Positions 11,707 to 24,300 of a stretch of DNA of 64,000 nt are shown here, piece after piece. The notes below the pieces were generated by a model. That model did not search any database and was not told the origin of the DNA. It was given only the letters and a program-made list of their open reading frames with translations. The stretch is from Amoebophrya sp. A120 (taxonomy: Eukaryota > Protista > Dinoflagellata), in assembly GCA_905178155.1 (NCBI GenBank), contig CAJINV010000001.1, forward strand, positions 15,376,142 through 15,440,141, read 5' to 3'. Each line of letters begins with the position of its first letter. Position 1 is the stretch's first letter. The translations under genes were made by a program, and so were the position numbers.

Positions 11707-12603
11707 CAGCATGGGTTCATACATTTTATTCGCCTAAGTACTCTTTCTGTCCCTGAGACTAAGGCTGGTACAAAACACCCGCGCCTGCACTTTCATTATC
11801 ATGATCTCTCGAGAAGTTTTTGTTTTCAGTTTTCTGCAACCAATTAATTTGAGCTGCGCGAACATTACACGGACACAAGTCAAATGAAGTGTCTTGGCTC
11901 ATGATCTTGAGGAGCGTTATTTGCTGTGCGGACAGCCTGACAAGACGAGAAGCTCAAGCGGCATATTGTTCGGAATTTCAGTGGTGCCTTTGTCCAAGTG
12001 AAATAGGTGAGGTGGCTGGAGTTGTCAGACATAGCTTTTGTTTGTCTGTGGAATAACGATAATTGTATGACGAAGATAGGATTGTTGATCATGTTGTAGT
12101 TGTGTCCGCTTCGAAGCCCGCCCGTCGAAGTTCTGTTTGAGGTTGATCATTATATATTTTGATTTTCGCGGAAATTTTTTGTGCAAAATTCTTGGATCGA
12201 TCGTTATTGTATGTAGTGTCATTTCCGAAGCAAGAGATCCTGAAAGAGATCGCTATCCGCATATTGATTTTTTTCGGTGGAAATGATGGCGTTGCTGTTG
12301 CAGCAGATGTTGAGTGTTGTGGTTTCCTTTTCCGATTTGTGGAGATCTGTATCTTATTTCGCTCTTGAGACCTCATACATAGAACGCCCGTTTTCACATA
12401 TTGTTTTTCGCAGTTATTTTTTGATTTTGAGGCGTTGAGAGACCCTTTTGGCTTGTCGCAGCAGTATCTAATCTTAGTAATATTTTCCCTAACTTTATTG
12501 TTTGTTTTTGCTGACTCATCCACCCACGGCTTTTGCCCTTGCTCTCAAGAGGAAGACGGGCACGGCGACCTTTCCTCATCTCATTTTTTTGCACATTTAC
12601 ACC

Positions 12604-14062
12604 ATGCTCCCTTCAGTTTTGCACCAGGCCCCGCCGGCGCGGTTTCAGAAACTTGTTCAGGCGGTGGAGCAGTTGGCGCCGCCGAGTTTGGCGGAAGGTT
12701 GGGACAATGTCGGACTGCTGCTGGACTGTCTAGACGAAACTAGATGGAGCGAATCTTCCTTCAAGCCAAGAATATTCCTCTGCAACGACTTGACCGAACG
12801 CGTTGCGGAGGAGGCAATTACCAAAAAGGTCGACTGCGTTGTCACCTATCACCCCACACCGTTCGCGAAGTTTAGAACCGTTACGCGAACGACGCACATT
12901 GGTCGTGTTGTGCTATCTATGGTACAACAACTTGTATATTGATTTACACGACAGAGCTCTTGTTCTTAGCTTCCTTTTTCTTCCACACCTTCAATAGCGC
13001 GCTCGGAATCAATTCTTTTTCTTCCACAGCGTCACACTGAACGACGTCGATGACCCATCAGAAACGCATGGTGGATGTTCTTCTGTCACAACTACTGTCT
13101 TGCAACCACAAAATAAACGCAGATAACGAACCGTATCCCGGTCTACGCAACGCACACCTGCCTGGACTGTGTCAACAACGGGTTGAATGATTGGCTCATC
13201 AACGCGTTTCCCAATGTCGGAGAGATTCTTCCGTGCAACCCACTAGATGCGAAGCGACCAAACCTCGGCTCCGGCCGCGTTGGAAGTTTGCCCATGGCAA
13301 TCACAATCGACGACGCCGTCGGCCACGTCAAGACACTCACAGGGCTCAAGCATGTCCGCAGAGCCGACCCAGTCGATGGTGCATTTTTTTTATAACAGTT
13401 TTTCACTGCTTCTGGTTCTGTCTGGCAACTTTTTGTAGAGGAAATTTATTTTGTTTTTTAGGTGGGTGAGCAACGGCAAACAAGTTCCCTCGCACGGTTG
13501 CCATGTTGTCATTCATGTCTACTTCAATACGGACCGAACGCAAATCAGGCTCGCAGAAACCAATCCGAAGAGTCGCTGTTTGTGCGGGGTCGGGCGGCAG
13601 TGTGTTTAAGGATTACACTATCCAATGTAAAAGCGTACCTATCTTCCCTACTTCATCCTCGCGATACAGATTATTTGCATGCCCATGACGTGGGTCATGC
13701 GTGCCCCTGTGGCACCCATTTTGTAATCGCGTTTGGAAATTTCTTATGCTGTAATCAGAAAAAGAGAGCGCAAGCGGGTTTGTGCTGCGGATAGATTAGT
13801 TGATTGTGGGGTCGGTACGTTTTTACTCAGGAGATAAATGAGCAAAAATCCGGGAAGCGTGCCCGATCTTTTTCTCACCGGCGAGATGTCACACCATGAT
13901 GTGCTGGAGCTGAACCAAAATGGCGCCTTCGTCATCCTCACCGAGCATTCCAACAGCGAGCGACCCTTTCTCCCCGTGTTTCGCGAACGTCTGTTGGGCC
14001 TCTACCCCGACGCAGAAGTCGTGATCAGCGAAATAGACGCGGATCCCTTGTTTGTGGCGTAG
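12604..14062 (+). CDS. NIF3: NIF3/YbgI (DUF34) family protein; introns 12922-13122 (GT-AG), 13379-13548 (GT-AG), ~13617-13840 (non-canonical)
   Basis: Motifs LAEGWDNVGLL, VVTYHPTPF, VYATHTCLD...GLNDWL, RVAVCAGSGGSV, DLFLTGEMSHHDVL, ILTEHSNSERPFL and ISEIDADPL. Confidence 0.92.
13617..13840. mobile_element. Degenerate inverted-repeat non-canonical intron #5 (boundaries approximate)
   Basis: TATCCAATGTAAAAGCGTACC (13619-13639) pairs with GGTACGTTTTTACTCAGGAGATA (13814-13836). An in-frame TAA at 13835-13837 forces the acceptor downstream. I found no phase-compatible GT/GC-AG pair and no clean direct repeat. Confidence 0.6.
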
Positions 14063-14575
14063 ATTAAAAATGTTGAGTTGCACAGTCAGTGCACTGAAGC
14101 CAACAGCAAACCGGGATTGATTTCTTGTACTCAACATGATTTTACCGACGCACGAACAAGCCTACATTTATACGCATCATAGTCATACATGGATGAATCT
14201 AACTTGGGAATAGAGAACTTTTCGGAACGAACAAAAGTCCATGTACTAAAGCAGCTCAATCCACCACGCGATACATGTGTATAACGCCATAGCAGTGCAA
14301 ATTGCGTTGTGCCGATGTGCATCGAGATTTTCTATCTGGGTTTGCACTTGACTGTATCAGTCTTTTTACAGGTCGCGCCCTTGTTCCTGTCATCGCGTTG
14401 TCGTTGCAGTTTCGTTTTTCAAATTCACTCATGTGCACTCGTTCCGACGCAGTAGCAGAGTCTGTTGACATTTTTGTTTCTCAGGCCGTAGGTGGGTGTG
14501 CAGCAGCCAGTAGAAGGTTGCCGATCGTCCAAGTGAGTCCAGCCGAGGCAAAAAGTGGATCAGAAAAGTGAAAAA

Positions 14576-17401
14576 ATGGCAAAGCACGGACTGGAGATGA
14601 TTGCGTTCGCTCTGCAACTTGCCACTTGCTTCTTGCTGCTGCCGACCGATGCCTACGACTCGTGTCGGGCCGACGAGCATGCGGGGTCCGTGCTCACAGA
14701 ACTCCTTGCACCGTACTGGGAGTTTATCCGACCCGGCCCTGAGGCGCAGAAGGAACTTGCGCACGCCGAGTCTGTCGGCGTCAAACTCAGATGGCTCGTG
14801 GAAAAGGCGCTAGAGAAGCGAATACCCAGGGGTCGCGGCATTCCCTGGCCGGAGGAGCGAGCAATCATGCTACGAAACCGGGGGCTTATGGGAGAAGGCG
14901 AAGCGGGCATGGTCGTACCACGGAACAAGGAAGGGACTTCTGGCGGCAGACCTTTGGTTTCTTCAGATCCGCGCAGAGAAAATGCGGAGAGAGAGGCCTG
15001 GTTGGTTACAAACGAAGATGTGGCTTGTGCGTTTCATGAGGGCATCGCCCTTCAGCAGCTGTGCGAGACGGTGTAATGTGTTTTTCAGTACGAAGCTTTG
15101 AGCTCGTTGCGACTCTATCATGAGTACTAATCAATACGTACATACAACGTCATCTTCATTAATTATATCGATTGTGGTGCTTCATCTGCATCGGGAATGT
15201 TGCTGACTTTGAAACCTTCGTCAGGTCTACAACTTCTTCAATGCGCACATTGGGCCGTTCATGGAGCAAAATCGCTGTGGCAACCTAGACGCAAGTTCTT
15301 GCAACATCGAGCCCTTTATTCAGAAGTTGACAACCAGCCGTGTTCTGGGTGACGCGTTGCGTGATTTCGTGGAGTCTTGGGTACAAAGTTCAAAAAGCTT
15401 CGAAGAACTGGTGGCGCAAGACTACAGCACGGAGTCATCGGCTGCCGCACCCCCGGCAGAGATTTTCTCGGACGCCAAACGGTTGGAGCGTATCCAAAGC
15501 CGGCTACTAGACGAAAATTTGCTTCTCGCCGCGGGCAGCACCACCACTGCAGAGACGATTGCAGGAAAAACAAGCAAAACGCTTCTAGAGGATGTTGACG
15601 GCGGTAGAAGTAGTAGAGAAGCAGCAGCACAAGAAGTGCGCGACATTCTTGCAGGCTCGGATGTCTCGGAATTGCGGGACACGGACCTGGAGGGCGAACT
15701 AGTGCAGCACGATTTGCTCCTTTTGCCGCGGCTGGAAGATCAATCCGAAGCCAAAACAAATCCAACGGGGGAGACAAAACAAGGGACAGATCATGCCAGT
15801 AGTTTCGCAGAATTGTCACCTTTTTCGTCGCGAAAAAAACAACTTACGAGCCCCTACCAGTGCCCTCGGTTTCTGAATATGCACCTGGATCTCATCGCCC
15901 AGGGCTCAAACGGGCACTGGATTTTGCAGACTTTGCGCGACTACGAGTCCGTCGACGATCGGTTCCAGCTTCAGCACCGTTTTCGACACTGGATGAACGG
16001 GTTTCTGGAGGCACGGGAGAAGCTGCTGCAGATTATCAAAGTCAAAAAAGCCCCCACCCCATATCGGACACGAAATTTGTGATGCTGTATTTGAGTACAC
16101 AAATCGACTTGTATTGCTAGAAGGCCAAGAGACGCAGCTGCGGCCTGAATTGCAGGCAATCTGTCATGCTGTTTCCCACTTCCAGTTGCCTCCTGTCATG
16201 CTGGAGCTGCAAGCCTTTCCCACGCTAGGCAGCACTACAGTCCGCATCTTTTGCCTTCTAGCATCACAAAGCCACAAATCTGCATCACAGATTTCCGTTT
16301 TGATATGGGGAGGGGGCATTTTTCCTCACAATGCAGATCTGGAAAATGAGGAAGGACATCACCGGGATGCTCGCGCCGCACCGACAGTACAAGTCCATGG
16401 ACGACTTTCGCGACTTTTCCCAAATCGACTGGAACTGGCTACGGCTACCGAACTCGTGGTCGTTGGACCGAGGGCTGAAACGGTGGAACGTCGTTTGCGC
16501 CTTGGTGGAGCAAGCCGTGTGGGAAAAATTTCGCGTCTGGCGCGGGACGGAGTACACCGACGCAAAAAGTAGAACTTCGAAAGGACGATTTTCGCAGAAG
16601 AACGTGATCCACGTGGCGGAAATCGGCGTCTTCGTCGGCGAGACGTCACTGTATTTGCTCAGCCGCTGTTTTCGGCACCTCTACCGAGAGTCGAATATCC
16701 TGGTCCAGTACCATCTCATCGACCCGTGGGAAGTGGATGCATTCGGCGGCTTTCTCGACTTCTATCGTGCGACCAAGGGCTACACGGAGCAAACCGGGCA
16801 CGACGTGTATCGAAATTTAGTGCAGAAGCTCGGGAATGCAACCAGTTTGTATGAAACCAGCGACAACGAGGACGTCGCAGGGACCACGCCGGAAGGAACA
16901 TCAACAAGCAAGGTAGCGGAAGATGAGATTTCGACGGTTGCGGGAGAGGAGCAACGCACGAACTCCGCGCTTTGTTTGAAAAAAAGAATTAACCACGAGC
17001 GCTCCCCCGTTCCGCTTTTCGAGGTCAAGTATCGCGACCTCCACGGGAAAGAAATGTGCGCGGGAGAAAAGATTCCGGAAAATAGGCCGGGCGTGTTCTT
17101 CCACCGGGTCTTTTCGCACCAGGCGAGCAAGAGGCTAAGTGTCCTCGATGTCCTTTATGTGGACGGGGAGCACAGTTTTCACGGCGTGCACACGGATCTG
17201 AAGCACTTCGTGCCCCTCACACGGTACGTGGTCGCGGGGCACGACTTTGACTACTACAAATTTCCGGGGGTCACCATGGCCGTGTTGAACGCCAAAGTGC
17301 CTACCACGGACGCGTTCCGGCAGTACGGATTCAGGTTTCAACAAGAACTCTACCTCGACTCTGATACCACTTGGTGGAGTCGACTGAATAGAATGAAATA
17401 A
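14576..17401 (+). CDS. Signal-peptide class I SAM-dependent methyltransferase (Methyltransf_24-like), paralogue A; introns 15071-15224 (GT-AG) and ~16032-16336 (introner)
   Basis: Hydrophobic N-terminus IAFALQLATCFLLLPTDA. Motifs VAEIGVFVGETS, YHLIDPW, LDVLYVDGEHSFHGVHTDL and VVAGHDF. It is colinear with paralogue B. Confidence 0.82.
16034..16333. mobile_element. TIR introner #6; TAT...ATG ends, 5-bp direct repeat CAGAT; absent from paralogue B
   Basis: CAGAT at 16029-16033 and 16334-16338. AAAAAAGCCCCCACCCCATATCGGACACGAAATTTGTGATGC pairs with GCATCACAGATTTCCGTTTTGATATGGGGAGGGGGCATTTTT. Removal gives KLLQIWKMRK, matching the uninterrupted KLIQIWKMRK at ~19608-19637. Confidence 0.9.
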
Positions 17402-17820
17402 AAAAAAGACGACGTCTTGATGCTCTATCTAAAAAAAATAAGACATTCGAGAACGGATTGGACTTCGCAAAAAGACGAAGGAAATAACGCGCGAACCGAT
17501 GACGGCCATGGCTATGCGTAATACATGGTTTATCAAGAAACCATGTGTGAATGTGATTCATCATCTGAAGTTTCTGCTTTCCACTCCTCCCGCAGTGACT
17601 CTCAAACAATACGATCGGATTTTCGAACAACTCCTTCGTGAGTGCTGACTCTGCGTCGTCGTGTTGTCGTGTTGTAAGAGCCACGCAAAAAAACGACACC
17701 GTTCAGGTTTTGCTGGCAAAACAAAGAAAAACAAAGCACGCGCAGGACTAAGGCGACTAGAAACCCTCTGAGCCTTTACTTCATGTTGTTGGGTTCTACT
17801 TCTACGTTTCATCGCTCTCT

Positions 17821-20800
17821 ATGGCTGCTTTAGATGAAAAATCCAAAATGGCGACTCGCAGACACCACTTGGCTGCTGCACCTTCGACGGCTAATATGAG
17901 CGTCAAGCTTCTTTCCGCCGTATTCCTATCTGTTCTGATGAATTCGTTCTGGCCATCCACGACGACCTGGAAGGTGATGATTTCTGCGTCGAGATCATTT
18001 CCGTTCGACTCGTGTCGAGGGGATCTACATGCGGGCGCAGTTCTGACGGAGCTGCTCGCGCCCTACTGGGAGTTCATCCGACCCGGGCCTGAAGCTGCGA
18101 GAGACCTCGCACATGCGGACTCAGTCGGGGTGAAGCTAAAATGGCTGATCGACAAAGCCCTGGAATATTCCTTGAAAATTTTTACCATCCTAATCCAATT
18201 TGTCATGCTAAACATGGACGAGATCGAGAAAGAGAATCGGCTTTTGTGGTGCCAAAAACGGATGGGGATGGTAAAATTTCAGGGAATATGGAAAAGCGCA
18301 TCCCATGAGGTCGTGGCATTCCATGGCCGGAGGAGAGAGCGGTAATGCTTCGAAATCGCGCTAATCGCGAGCGAACTGGAGATCCAGTTCCAGGGGATCC
18401 TGGGGTTGGTGGAAACAGCAGGGAAAGTAGTACACCAAAGGCGACATCCAGACATCAAGCCGACGGGACTAAAGATGGCAAAATTACCGTAGTGGCCCCC
18501 GCAAGAAGTATGTCCGGACTACTTGTCAGCTCAGATCCTTCACCAAGTAGAGAAGTTGCTGCACAGAAGGAGTCCTGGCTCGTGACGAATGAGGACGTGG
18601 CGTGTGCTTTTCATGAAGGAATCGCCATTGAGCAGCTGTGCGAGACGGTGTAATGTCTTTTCAAATTTTATTGATTATTCGAATCGATCGACTTCACGCT
18701 GAAGCTACAAAAGCAACATGAATGCTTGAAGAAAAGGTGCTATAGATTATAAGAACAGCGGAATCGCTCTTCTTTTCTGTTTACCTTTACCTGCGGTGAT
18801 TTTTTTCCTCGATTTTTTTATCAGGTCTACGACTTCTTCCGTGTACACATAGGCCCCTTCATGGAGGAGCACAGATGTCCGCTGTTAGACTCGAACTCTT
18901 GCAAGATCGAGCTCTTCGTCGAGAAGCTGGCGGAGAGCCGTGTCCTGGGCGACGCATTGCATGGCTTCGTGGAATCTTGGTTGACAGCAGCAACGAAGGT
19001 TGAAAGAGCTGCAGCGAAATTACAGGTAGAAGGCAGCGACGTCAGCAGTGCGTCCGAGTCCGACAGAAACAGTACGATGGCAGGTGGCGAACGCCTGAAG
19101 CGCATTCAGAGCATGTTATTAGACGGAGACCTGGCCCAGTCGCGCAAGCGAAGTACTAAGGAAAGAGAACGACCTCCCGAGGATGCATTGGTCGACCACG
19201 TGGCAGCTGAAGCTGTTATCGCACTTTTCGCGAGTAAAGCGGACGGCGCAGAATTGCGAGCCGCGGAGCTGGAGACGCAGTTGCCACAGCACTACGGGCT
19301 TGTCGCTCTCGATGAACCAAAAACAGTACCACTGGGGGAAAATGAACAACTAAGGCGGGTATCATCAAATGAAGACCTCACACCTCGAGCTCCTTCCAAG
19401 CAGCTTGCTGCAACCCGGCTCTTTTCCCACCAGTGTCGTCATTTTCTGAACATGCACCTAGATCTCATCCAGCAGGGCGCCAATGGACACTGGATGTTGC
19501 AAAGCCTGCGCGAGGAGGACCCGTACGACGAGTCGAGGGACAAAGAACGGCTTCAGCTCGAGCATCGTTTTCGTGACTGGATGAACGGGTTTGTGGACGC
19601 GCGGGACAAGCTGATACAGATTTGGAAGATGCGCAAAGACGTCGTCGGGATGATGGCTCCGGACCGCGAGAACTACTATCCTTTGACGGAGAAAAACCGC
19701 GACTTTTCCCAAATCGACTGGAACTGGTTCCGGCTGCCGAACTCCTGGTCGGTGGACCGGGAGATGAAGAGGTGGAACGTCGTTTGCGGCCTCGTGGAAC
19801 AAACTGTCTGGGAAAAATTTCGCGTGTGGCCGCGGCGGGGTACAAGATCACCGCACCGTTATAACAGCACCGCGTTTCGCCCAAGACGAGCGAAGGCTGC
19901 GAAACAGGCTAGTACAATGGGGCCCCCGAAGGTTATCCACATAGCGGAGATTGGCGTGTTCGTCGGCGAAACTTCGCTGTACTTGCTCAGCCGGTGCTTT
20001 TTGCGCCTCTATCAAGAGTCGAATGTCCTCGTGCAGTACCACCTGATTGACCCCTGGCAGTCGAACACTTTCGGCGGGTGGAACCCCTGGGAAGTCAAAA
20101 GCTGGCTCCTCGATTTCTATCGCGCGACGCGGGGAGACACGGCGAAAATGACGGGGAGCGACGTGTACAGAACCCTCATGCGGAGAGTCGGGAACGCCAC
20201 GACCTTGTATGGGGATCGTCGTTACGGGGACGCACCCGCAGCGCCAGAGGCTCTCGGAAGGCCGCCCACAGGACGAACGAGAGGGGGCTCTGATGCTACG
20301 CTGAGGAGTGCTTCTGTTGCCGATGGCACCGGCGGTGGCGGTACAGCCGCGAGCTTTGCCTCGGCGTTAGCCGGAAATAAGGAGATGTCCTCTGCGACGC
20401 CGTGTCTGCGGAAGAAAATTCACTCCAGGAAATCTCCACTTGCTGTGTACGAAGTTCAGTATCACGACCTCCACGGACGGAGCGCGTTGTGCGGTGTGTC
20501 CGAAATAAAGATTCCGGAAAATCTGCCAGGCGTATTCTTCCATCGCGTCCTTTCGCACAGGGCAATAGAGCGGATAAGTGTCCTAGATCTGCTTTACATA
20601 GACGGGGATCACAGCTTTGCTGCCGTGCATGCCGACCTCCGAAACTTTGTGCCGATTACGCGGCATGTGGTCGCTGGGCACGACTTTGACTACTACAAGT
20701 TCCCAGGAGTTTCGATGGCTGTTATGAACGCCAAAGTGCCCACGACGGACGCTTTTCGGCACTTCGGGTTCAGATTTCAGCAAGACCTCTACCTCGACTC

Positions 20801-20843
20801 AGACAATACTTGGTGGAGTCGATTAACCTCTATGCCTGAATAG
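17821..20843 (+). CDS. Signal-peptide SAM methyltransferase paralogue B; introner 18166-18293, GT-AG intron 18648-18824; in-frame TGA at 18306-18308 (possible pseudogene or null allele)
   Basis: It has the same motifs as paralogue A (IAEIGVFVGETS, LDLLYIDGDHSF, VAGHDF) and shares the canonical intron at CET|VY. The spliced frame reads KALEKRIP*GRGIPWPEER versus KALEKRIPRGRGIPWPEER in A. The start codon is uncertain (17821, 17848 or 17896). Confidence 0.75.
18166..18288. mobile_element. TIR introner #7; TAT...ATA ends, 5-bp direct repeat TGGAA; absent from paralogue A
   Basis: TGGAA at 18161-18165 and 18289-18293. TATTCCTTGAAAATTTTTACCATCCTAATCC pairs with GGATGGGGATGGTAAAATTTCAGGGAATA. Removing 128 nt gives KALEKRIP, identical to paralogue A (14803-14827). 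Confidence 0.92.
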
Positions 20844-21344
20844 AAATTTAGAAAAGCGAGAACAAATTGATGTGCTCGAATCTTCTCGGTGGAATGTCAA
20901 CTGCATAAACTACTCATGGGGAGACGCATCAACCACCCAGAAGAACTGAACCAATTTAGCAACGTACGAGCGCGGCACCCGTTTTTGTGCCTGTGTCCTG
21001 TTGCGCTTGTTGCTTCACGTTCGTTTTGTCATTCGGGAGAGAGCTGGCAGTGGAGCGGAAACCAAAATCTGCAAGGCAAGGGAGTGAAACACACAAAGAC
21101 GCAACCAGTTCAAGTTTTGCAATGTCGATGGCAGCGAGTGCGTGGGTGAGCGCAAACACCTTCTGGCAGAGCACCAGTTCGCTCTTTTTCCATAAGATAC
21201 TGTTTTCAGCTGTATTCTCGTCCGTATTTGATTTTGCCGGCGATTTGCACGCAGAAAATTCGCTCATGGAAGCGGACTCGAGGAACTTCGACTTCCTCAC
21301 GTAAAGGAGGTCGTTTTCGCATAGTCGGTGATCGGACCTCCGAC

Positions 21345-24300
21345 ATGCCGGAGCGTACAGGCCAGGAAGAAAGGCCCCACCAGGAGGTGGTGCATTTCCT
21401 TGGGAAGACGCAAGATGCGAAGATCATCAGCAATGACATGTGCAGGAGTCAGGTGTTGCGAATGCTTCAGGGCGGTGTCGCGACTGTTTTGCAAAAATCC
21501 TCTGGCGCGTCAGAAAACGGCACGCTTTCGCAGGACCCACGCTCCGAGCTCTTCTTCGCCTGTTCGAAGCACCTGTTTGATAATACAGCTGCTGAGAGCA
21601 GTGCGTCCTCAGCAAATGGGGTCGGCGAAGCTGCGTCCTCCTCCTCTTCAAGAGAGCGAGACGCGCCGCCAACTCTCGAAACACTGTCCGAAGAGAAGAA
21701 AATCCAGATCGCATCGTTCCCGGTGCGCAGTGGCGGACAAGGGGATGACAATTTTGGACTCTCGAAGGTACAACTTACGACTCTGCGACTGTTTCGATGG
21801 TTCTTTACCCATCTCATCCTGTAGCTTCGCTGTCGCTTTGCTGGCTTCATGATCTTGTTGACGTTGAGGGAAATGCGAAAATGAAGATTTTGCGCCATTA
21901 TCAGGTTTTCGGATTATCCTCCGAGCTAGAAGGCTTAAACCACGCCGAGCTCGTGAAGCTGAACCCACACCTCTTGGGCCTGTGCCGGATGCGGACCTCG
22001 CGCCACCCGTTCAGCTACAGCAGTTGCTACAGTATCGGCGGTCCGTTTTTGCAGAAGAGCAAGCGGCCGCTGGCGAGCCGCATTTGCCTGCACAAGCAGA
22101 TGCTGGCCATGGACAGTGACTTCGAGCGCGTCTTTTCCGGTTTCGTTGACAGCATACTGGAGGACATCGAGTACCTCCGCGAGAAGGAGTCCGAGTTTCT
22201 GTTTTTGGGCTTCGTCTTCACACCACTGGTCCACAGTCAGACCTCCACCAGACACGCCGCCGGAGGTGCGAGCGCGAGCGACTCCGGTAAAAATCATGCT
22301 GCGGACGCCTTGGAGTTTCGTTGGAAGAAGCCGGACAAGTTCATCACGGTCGACTACGTGAAAGCCCACAAACGGTCTTTCTGTGCGCAGATGCTGGGCC
22401 ATTACTACGCACAGCTGTACACCACTGGCGCAGGAGGCTCGTTGCTACCCGCGATGTCGGGAAAGGCTGGAAGTGGGATGCTGATGGATAAGAACAACAA
22501 CGCCGGCCGGAAGGTGGTGACCTTTCACTTCCTGACGAAGCAGGGAAAGGAGGTGATCGAGTGCAGCACGAGCTTCCACCTGTTTGTACAAAACACCGAG
22601 ACCAAAACGTGGAGCGCGTACTACACCTACCCTCGGTGGCAGCCAGTTCTCGATGGCGCGGTGCTGCTGAGTCCGAAGTTCGCGGCCGGGCTGGCGAAAG
22701 CTGTGAGTTTCAAGACCAAGCAAAAGGAATCCAGCGGTGGCTTTTTCGGCGGTTCAACGAAAAAAGAGGACCCGGACGAAAAAAACCGATCGGCGGAAGA
22801 GGTCCAGCTACTTCGTATGATTTCCTACCAATTGCCGGAACCATGCTTGGAGGTAGAGAAGTACCTGACGGAAAGGTTGAAGTCATTAGCTTCTGACTTC
22901 GAACTGGTTCCGTTTTTTACCGAGCTGAAGTGCCTGGAAAGCCTGAAAATCTGCTTTCGCTCCACCTCGAATAAAGGTTCCTCTTCGAGCAAGTCCGCCG
23001 GAGACGGAAACAGAACCGCTTTGGCGAAAGACTGTGCGCGCGTACTCGAGAATCCTTTGCTCTGCCTTGTCCACCGCGCGAGGTCCTCGCTCCACTTGCT
23101 GCTCAGCATCGGCAAACGCAACCACTTCGCGTCGCACGTGTGGGCGCTGTTTCGCAGGCAGTTCAGGAGCCTGCTGCAGGACGTGCAGGAAGGGATTACC
23201 CCGGACCTGAACCTGTTTTTCTTGTATCCGGCGCTCCATCGCTATTTGGTCTACTTCGAAGACCAAGACTCCATTTTCTCCGTCAGTGTCGAGTCTTTGC
23301 GCACGGTGTCCAACCTTCTCCGCGTGTCCGAGTGGTCGTTGCTGCTTCTGCTCGCGCAAGGTTTTTCGGTTGATTCCCTAGCGAAGATCGATGAGTACAT
23401 GGGCCAGACGCTAGAAGACTCCTTTACCCTCGCCGGTTTGGCAGCAGCGCAAAATTCCGATAGCGGGGGCGGAACCACGAGCGGACAGCAAGCCTCACAA
23501 CAGTCCGCGAAGCCATATAGCTTTCGCGCGTTGCTTGCGCAGCTGAATCCGTACATTCCCTCGAACTCATCGGAGGCCTACGCTGCACCGGCCGCCGTCG
23601 CCCGCAACTTTCCGCCCTCCGTGTCAGCCGCGTGCCAGCTGTTTTTCTTCTTGACCAAGGCGAAAGTAGATGCGGTGGTCTCGAGTGCGTTGCGCCCCTT
23701 GACCTGCGCGCGCCCAACGCCGGAGCACCGGTCGTGGCGTGCGGCTTTTCTTCGGTCGTACCTGATCGAGCTCGTGCGGCCGGTTCTGCTGCAGCATGTG
23801 CTCTCCAACGCAGCTCGCACGAAGTTCCTGAAGGATTTCACCTTCACCGGCATCAACGAAGCGTACGCTCGGCGGGGTCACGCGAAGCAAGCGAAGAAAC
23901 GGGAGGGAAAAAGCCCGCGTGCGGCGGAGTCGGTAAAAAGCAGCGTTAACTTCTGCGGGCCGAGTTTGTTCCGTGGCTCCTACCCGGACGGAACCTCCAC
24001 ACCGCGCGTGCACCAACGCGTCGAGGTCAGTGGCGCCCTTGGCAACATTTTCGCAATCACGCCCGCGTTTTTCGGCACTGGTTCTTCGGTGAGCCGGAAG
24101 GTGTTTGTGCGGCAAGAGGACATCCATTTTCACCATCTGTACGTTGAGAAGAGCAACCTGGAATTCCTATTTCACCACGCGCGCAGGCTCAGCGATACCC
24201 TTTTGTCGCCGTCCGAAGCTGCGGGGGGATCATTTTTCGTTGCGGGCCGAGGGAACACAGCAAGCCCACGTAGTTCAGCCACGCATTCTGCCGCGGGGGG

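Noticed and set aside
13357-13557. CGCAGA direct repeat suggesting another introner in NIF3
   Set aside because: Joining at the repeat shifts the frame, whereas canonical GT-AG 13379-13548 keeps it.
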